DNA of 64,000 nt. It comes from Hydrurus foetidus (taxonomy: Eukaryota). Position numbers and translations under genes: made by a program. The DNA is taken from NCBI GenBank assembly GCA_900617105.1, contig UYFQ01000001.1, forward strand, positions 1,426,001-1,490,000, read 5' to 3'. A model generated the notes under the pieces. The model did no database searches, was not told the origin of the DNA, and worked only from the letters and a program-made list of their open reading frames with translations. Positions 59,268-64,000 of the stretch are shown in pieces (the stretch's first letter is position 1; each line of letters starts with the position of its first letter).

Positions 59268-59924
59268 TTAGATCGGACCGCCATTGCGCCCCCCAGTGGG
59301 AAGCTCCGGCAACAGACCTCCATCGCCCGTCAAGCCTGACCGAATGTCGGTCGCCTCGACGCCTTGCTCTGCTGCGCGCATAGCTTGATGCAAAACGCGT
59401 TGAACATTCGACGCAAACTCTTTGTGCCTTGGCAAATTCGACCATGCGCGGCCTGCTGCTTCGACGGGTGTCATCCAAACGATATCCCACTGGCCTATGC
59501 GGTCGACGACGGTGCCGAGAAGGTTTTCTTCAACCATGCTTTCAACATGGCCGTCAGCAGTAATGTAGAACGCCTCTTGGCCTGCAAGATCGGTGATAGA
59601 TGAGAAAAGCTGCCCTTTGCGGATAGCAGCCTCTTTGAGACTGGTGACCTTGTTTTTCTCCACCCATTCAAGCAGGTCGCCTTTGGCATACATGCAGGCC
59701 TGATTAGTTCCTTTGGCTTCGATGCCGCCACCTTGGTGATAGGTGGGTCCTGTGCCCTTTTTGCGGAGCCTCTCGACATAGGTGACGGATGATCGCAAGA
59801 AAATCGCAACCTCGCTGGTGGTAAGAAGGTCCTCGGGCGACAGGGCCTTAATTGCGGCGAGCACTTCGACGACCTTCATTTGTTCGCCGTTGTAAGTGAC
59901 CGTCGCAAGCAGTGATTGAGCCAT
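59268..59924 (-). CDS. Excisionase/AlpA-like HTH protein with C-terminal extension
   Basis: EDLLTTSEVAIFLRSSVTYVERLRKKGTGPTY...YAKGDLLEW. Confidence 0.7.
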   Translation of the reverse strand: MAQSLLATVTYNGEQMKVVEVLAAIKALSPEDLLTTSEVAIFLRSSVTYVERLRKKGTGPTYHQGGGIEAKGTNQACMYAKGDLLEWVEKNKVTSLKEAAIRKGQLFSSITDLAGQEAFYITADGHVESMVEENLLGTVVDRIGQWDIVWMTPVEAAGRAWSNLPRHKEFASNVQRVLHQAMRAAEQGVEATDIRSGLTGDGGLLPELPTGGRNGGPI

Positions 59925-59967
59925 TGTGATCTTTCAAAAAGACAAGGGTTGTTCTTGGAGCCAGCCG

Positions 59968-60786
59968 TCAAAAACTATTGTGGTCAAAAGCTACGCAACC
60001 CGCCTTGGCCGCCGCTGCCTCGATCGTGTCAACGGGCAAATAGGCGTTGAATTCAACAACTGGCTCATCGTCCAAATCGCCCGCCAAGCAAAATTTCAAA
60101 AGTATGCGGGCCACGCCTTCGTCTGGACTAAATTCGGCAAGCCACATGAGATGCAAAGCAGGGTTTTTTAAATTTGCTAGAACCCTCTTCGGCGAAACAA
60201 TCTTCGCCTTCCATTCCCGCCCGGCGCCATCCACTGAATTCATGGTGAACTCACGGCTTGACTCGACATAGGCCAATGCCTTTGCCTGCTTCGTTCCAAG
60301 CTTTGGAGGCCAAATCGCAGCTGCCTTTCTATTGGCAAGGGCGTTGGCATTCGGCTTCGAATCGATGCGCTTTAAGCGTTTGTTTGCCACGAACGCGCAC
60401 GGGACAGGCTTCTCGCCTGCGATCGCCTTGGCCTCCGCCAAGAGCATCCGATCAAACACCAACTTGGGCTGCAAGCTTTCAAAGGTGATGGAGTCTCCCG
60501 CCGGGCTTTCTGCGACGATCCACCGCCTATCGTCGATCAGATCGCCGTTCATGAAGTGTTGCTCCAAGACGAATACCGTTCGATTAGTCCAAGTCTGTAG
60601 CATTGTCAATGCTGCGTCGTTGGCCTTCAATGCCTCTTCAAATGGCCTGCGCCTGTTGCCGACACCATCTTTGGCGCTTGGCGTGCGTTTGATAATTCGC
60701 ACATTGCCACCAAGGGCAAGCGCATAAGACAAGAATCGAGCATCGGCGAAGTCAATCGTGTCGAATGTAAGTGTTGTGCTGGTCAC
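59968..60786 (-). CDS. Hypothetical protein, paralog of 61325-62134
   Basis: Shared blocks FLSYALALGGNVRIIKRTP and WPPKLGTKQAKA; GGAGG RBS. Confidence 0.7.
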   Translation of the reverse strand: MTSTTLTFDTIDFADARFLSYALALGGNVRIIKRTPSAKDGVGNRRRPFEEALKANDAALTMLQTWTNRTVFVLEQHFMNGDLIDDRRWIVAESPAGDSITFESLQPKLVFDRMLLAEAKAIAGEKPVPCAFVANKRLKRIDSKPNANALANRKAAAIWPPKLGTKQAKALAYVESSREFTMNSVDGAGREWKAKIVSPKRVLANLKNPALHLMWLAEFSPDEGVARILLKFCLAGDLDDEPVVEFNAYLPVDTIEAAAAKAGCVAFDHNSF

Positions 60787-60794
60787 TGCGCCTC

Positions 60795-61316
60795 CTAGCT
60801 GGACTTGAACGAATGGGTTATCTCTGCCGATTCGAGGTAGTCAGCCATTTCATTATTGCCAGCCCATCGCGCATAGCCGGCGGCGGTCCTGCCTTCGACG
60901 TTCTTTGCCATGGGGTCGCTGGATGGGAGCAAGACGTTGACTATTTCGAAGTTATTGGAAGCGGCCGCTCCCATCAATACGGTGTTTTGAAGCTTCCCGA
61001 TTCGCGCTTTGAAATCGATTTTCTTTTCGATGCCTGCGAGCACGACTTCAAGAGCAAGAAGCCCAAGCCCACCAGCAGTCGCTCCTGGCGCGGCCTTTCC
61101 AGCGCTGTTCACCAACATGCCGATCATTTCCACATTGTCAAACATGTCTGGATTGTCGGCCCACATAGAGCGCAACAGCGGCTCGTTGCCCGACTCCATC
61201 GCATCGGCAGAAGCCTTCATTGCTTCAATTTTAGCCATCAGCGCTGCTGCTTGTTGCGCGCTCATACGGGGGTTTCTCCCTGCGGGATTCGAGGTGCTTT
61301 TTTTTGCTTTTGCCAT
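60795..61316 (-). CDS. Ankyrin repeat protein
   Basis: NTVLMGAAASNNFEIVNVLLPSSD...GRTAAGYA. Confidence 0.75.
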   Translation of the reverse strand: MAKAKKSTSNPAGRNPRMSAQQAAALMAKIEAMKASADAMESGNEPLLRSMWADNPDMFDNVEMIGMLVNSAGKAAPGATAGGLGLLALEVVLAGIEKKIDFKARIGKLQNTVLMGAAASNNFEIVNVLLPSSDPMAKNVEGRTAAGYARWAGNNEMADYLESAEITHSFKSS

Positions 61317-61324
61317 GGGGTCTC

Positions 61325-62134
61325 CTATTCTCTTTTTCCGGCGAACATGAACGATACGACGGGGGCGTTCTTAGGATCGTTTGCGACGCAAAGCACGGCG
61401 TGCGCAATGAAATCGCCCATCGAGAAATCACGCACAACATCCTCCCCCGGCTCTTCTGCGTATTCGAAAACCGCCAACGAGCTGTCTTTCAAGCATTTGG
61501 CAAAAGTCTTCAACCCGACCACTTTCCATTTACTCCACAGTCCATATTTGCCGACAGGGTTCTTGCGCATGATGTATTTGCACTGTTGGGCCGCCTCGAA
61601 GGCTTTGGCCGCGTGAGTGCCCGCAGCAGGCGGGAAAGCATGGGTTTTCGTGCGGTTCTCGACCTCGGCCTTGGCCTTCTCGTCTTTGACGACATCCATG
61701 CGCACGCCCGCCATCACGACGGGAGGGAAAAGAGGGTCCTTCCAGGCGCAGTGCCCTTCCGCGTCGGACATCTTCGCTTTAACGGCCTTGAGCTGCTCAC
61801 TTAGAAAAACGACCTCATCGCGCGTTGTATCGTTGGTGATGGCCCACCAGCTTTTGAAGTCGTTGAACGCCTTGACCTTGATCGTCTTCGCCGTCCAGTT
61901 GCGCGCGATGAAGTAAGCACCGCCGCTTGTGAGGTTCTGTTTGTAGCGGTCCTTGTTTTTAAATCCTTGGGGCGTCTTCTCCACCAAATCAAAGTTGGAC
62001 CCCAGCGCCATGGCGTAAGCCAGCAGGGTGTCGTCAATCGCGCTCGGAGCCGGGGCCGATTTTGGGACAGACTTCGCCGAAGGCTTTGATGCAGACTTTG
62101 GGGTCGCCTTGATTGTTTTTGCTACTTTCGCCAT
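61325..62134 (-). CDS. Hypothetical protein with K/A/P-rich N-terminus, paralog of 59968-60786
   Basis: LLAYAMALGSNFDLVEKTP and FPPAAGTHAAKA; AGGAG RBS. Confidence 0.7.
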   Translation of the reverse strand: MAKVAKTIKATPKSASKPSAKSVPKSAPAPSAIDDTLLAYAMALGSNFDLVEKTPQGFKNKDRYKQNLTSGGAYFIARNWTAKTIKVKAFNDFKSWWAITNDTTRDEVVFLSEQLKAVKAKMSDAEGHCAWKDPLFPPVVMAGVRMDVVKDEKAKAEVENRTKTHAFPPAAGTHAAKAFEAAQQCKYIMRKNPVGKYGLWSKWKVVGLKTFAKCLKDSSLAVFEYAEEPGEDVVRDFSMGDFIAHAVLCVANDPKNAPVVSFMFAGKRE

Positions 62135-62143
62135 CGCAGTCTC

Positions 62144-63142
62144 CTATTGTTTCCCTGCTTTTTTGCTTTTCGCAGTTTTCGATTTGGGCTTTGCCAGTGC
62201 TGCCGCCTTGGCTTTGATTGACTCAATGCCTTCGGGCGTCAAGAAAGGCTCGATTCGGCGGTGCCAGCCTCTTTGCGGCCCCACCTCCGCGCGCAGGGCC
62301 TCCATGAATGCCTTGTCTTCGTCACTTTCGCCAAACTCGCCGAACTGCTCGCCGCCGTATGTAAAAAAGGGACTGCCGCCTTTGCGCAGGCAAGTGAGGA
62401 TATCGTCCAAACCCTGATAACCGCCATTGAAGAACTCAAGGGCAATCAGGTCTCCCTCCCAATTCTTTTGTCCGTCCAACACAGGGTCTTCAGGGCTTGG
62501 CATGTCGCCAAGGCGCCCCGCTTTTTTGGCGGCCACAAACATCTTCCAAAGCTCAGCCTCCGTGGCGTCCACTTTGAATTTGAAATCGAATCCCACAACG
62601 CGCTTGTCGCCTTTCCATTCGGCGGCGAAATCCATGGAAACAACGGACGGTTTGCCATCCTCGCCGTAGTTGCATCCGGGTTTGCGGATCAAGTCATGTT
62701 TTCTTTCGATCAAACGAACAGCCGCCTTGACGGAATTGATGGGGCGGATGGGGCTCCCAAGCCGAACGCTTGAGACTGGATCGGTTTGGCCGCCAAAGTC
62801 ATATCCGCGCATCGCCACATAAACGAGAAAGTCCAACGTCCATTTGGGGTTGTCGTCCTTCCGCTCCCCGCGTAGTTTCGTTTTCTTTGGAGAAGTCGCC
62901 TCCGCTTGGCTGCTTGAGATATCGGCCGATTGCTCATTGCCGAGCCTTTGCAAGGCAGAAGTCTCAAGCAATTCGATGAGGCTGCGTTTTAACGGCCGGA
63001 GTGTTCCGAACATGAACTTGACTTTTTCTCTCGAGTCCGCATCGTAGGCGACGAAATCGTTACGCGCCATGCGGCACCATGACTCCACGCTTTCCACCAT
63101 TTCCAAAAATTCAGCGTCCGTTTCAGCTTCTCTAATGCTCAC
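62144..63142 (-). CDS. Hypothetical protein (332 aa)
   Basis: Long ORF, GGGAG RBS, tight operon spacing. Confidence 0.7.
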   Translation of the reverse strand: MSIREAETDAEFLEMVESVESWCRMARNDFVAYDADSREKVKFMFGTLRPLKRSLIELLETSALQRLGNEQSADISSSQAEATSPKKTKLRGERKDDNPKWTLDFLVYVAMRGYDFGGQTDPVSSVRLGSPIRPINSVKAAVRLIERKHDLIRKPGCNYGEDGKPSVVSMDFAAEWKGDKRVVGFDFKFKVDATEAELWKMFVAAKKAGRLGDMPSPEDPVLDGQKNWEGDLIALEFFNGGYQGLDDILTCLRKGGSPFFTYGGEQFGEFGESDEDKAFMEALRAEVGPQRGWHRRIEPFLTPEGIESIKAKAAALAKPKSKTAKSKKAGKQ

Positions 63143-63173
63143 ATCTATCTCCCTAGGTTAGTTTTGTTTATCA

Positions 63174-63968
63174 TCAAAGCGGCCCATGAGGCTCCGGGCC
63201 TACGAATCCCGGAGGCAGGTCCGAAAAGGCGGCCTGCTCTTCGCGCGCAAGCAAATATGAGGCAATGCAATCCGGCACCGCATCAAGCTGTGCCGGATCG
63301 GCGCCAGCTTCGATTAGAGCAATGGCAATTTCGCGGAAACCGTCCTCGTCCAGGCCACCTTCCGAATACGATTCCCCAGCCCTAAACAAAGGGGTTTGTC
63401 CTTTGCAGGCAACCCCGTAGGCCTCGGAGTTGGGATCGACGCCTCGCGCTAGCAGTTCTTTGATGATTGCCGGAGAGTCATAGGCCAAATACCAAATCAG
63501 CGGACCACTGATGCACCGCAGGTTGGGGTCCATGCCGGCGTCAAGCATTGCAAGAACGGCTTCATCGTAGCCGTTGCTGTTGGCATATTCCGCTGGGGTC
63601 AACGCATCCTTGTCGTAAAGACTCGGGTTCGCCCCCGCCTTGATCAGAAAGCGCGCCATCGCCCAATCGTCGCCCTCAGGGCCTTCACTTTCGACCGACC
63701 GAGCCAAGGCCGTGCAGTCGTAGTCGCCCTGATAGTCAATTTCAGCTCCCACCTTGATCAGAGCTTTGGCGATGGACAATGCATTGTTGCCCTTGAATCT
63801 CGCCACGGTTTGAAGTGGTCGGTCGCAGTCCTGGGTGATATCCCAAACATCAGGATCAACACCATAGGAAAGCAGCGATTGCACACGGGAGACATTCAAT
63901 GCGCTCACGGCAACATGCATCTGTGCAGCCAGATCGTCCATTTCGTCGTCTGTGAATGCCTTCCCCAT
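63174..63968 (-). CDS. Ankyrin repeat protein (acidic)
   Basis: ALIKVGAEID, FLIKAGANP, MLDAGMDPN, LLARGVDPN, GQTPLFRA. Confidence 0.85.
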   Translation of the reverse strand: MGKAFTDDEMDDLAAQMHVAVSALNVSRVQSLLSYGVDPDVWDITQDCDRPLQTVARFKGNNALSIAKALIKVGAEIDYQGDYDCTALARSVESEGPEGDDWAMARFLIKAGANPSLYDKDALTPAEYANSNGYDEAVLAMLDAGMDPNLRCISGPLIWYLAYDSPAIIKELLARGVDPNSEAYGVACKGQTPLFRAGESYSEGGLDEDGFREIAIALIEAGADPAQLDAVPDCIASYLLAREEQAAFSDLPPGFVGPEPHGPL

Positions 63969-64000
63969 AACCGTCCTTAAAAAATTAATGCGGCGAATGC

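Larger units (their letters stand above)
7474..64000. mobile_element. Large integrated mobilizable/conjugative element (MOBF relaxase + T4CP); right end outside window
   Basis: Abrupt switch from housekeeping genes to defence, replication, relaxase/T4CP, ArdA and excisionase-like genes; shared regulatory motifs from 26.8 to 57.5 kb. Confidence 0.8.

Overview
Bases 1-~7450 are betaproteobacterial (Comamonadaceae-like, by inference) housekeeping DNA: ROK fragment, TetR, metal-dependent hydrolase, thioesterase, DMT transporter, SDR, clpA and clpS. At ~7456-7512 an 18-codon stub reading MTAPLPHTPMMAHY resembles the conserved MutS N-terminus and is followed by integrase arm-like repeats. This is the likely left junction of a >56 kb integrated mobilizable/conjugative element that runs off the right edge; no integrase or mating-pair genes are visible. 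The element carries four blocks: (i) a WYL-led seven-gene defence operon (type III-like Res and Mod, RelE-like/UvrD helicase, OLD-like ATPase-TOPRIM, AbiJ-N/Mrr-like nuclease, nucleotidyltransferase); (ii) a primase-less D5/SF3 helicase next to an iteron-like origin; (iii) a MobC-like/2263-aa MOBF relaxase/T4CP module; (iv) a leading-region-like cargo zone (ArdA, orphan MTase, LPD29, DUF3085-KfrB, four ankyrin proteins, malate synthase G, diguanylate cyclase, Cache sensors, and an MFS split by an IS5). The main unannotated signals are a set of about 14 promoters sharing a non-canonical -10 (TTG..-17 bp-TGnGAnngT), about 13 dispersed GTCG-N5-CGAC boxes, two further operator palindrome families, and a shared C-terminal E(R/A)xx(L/I)...R(L/I) tail on unrelated cargo proteins that looks like a T4SS translocation signal. 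All family calls are from motif recognition by eye, not database searches.
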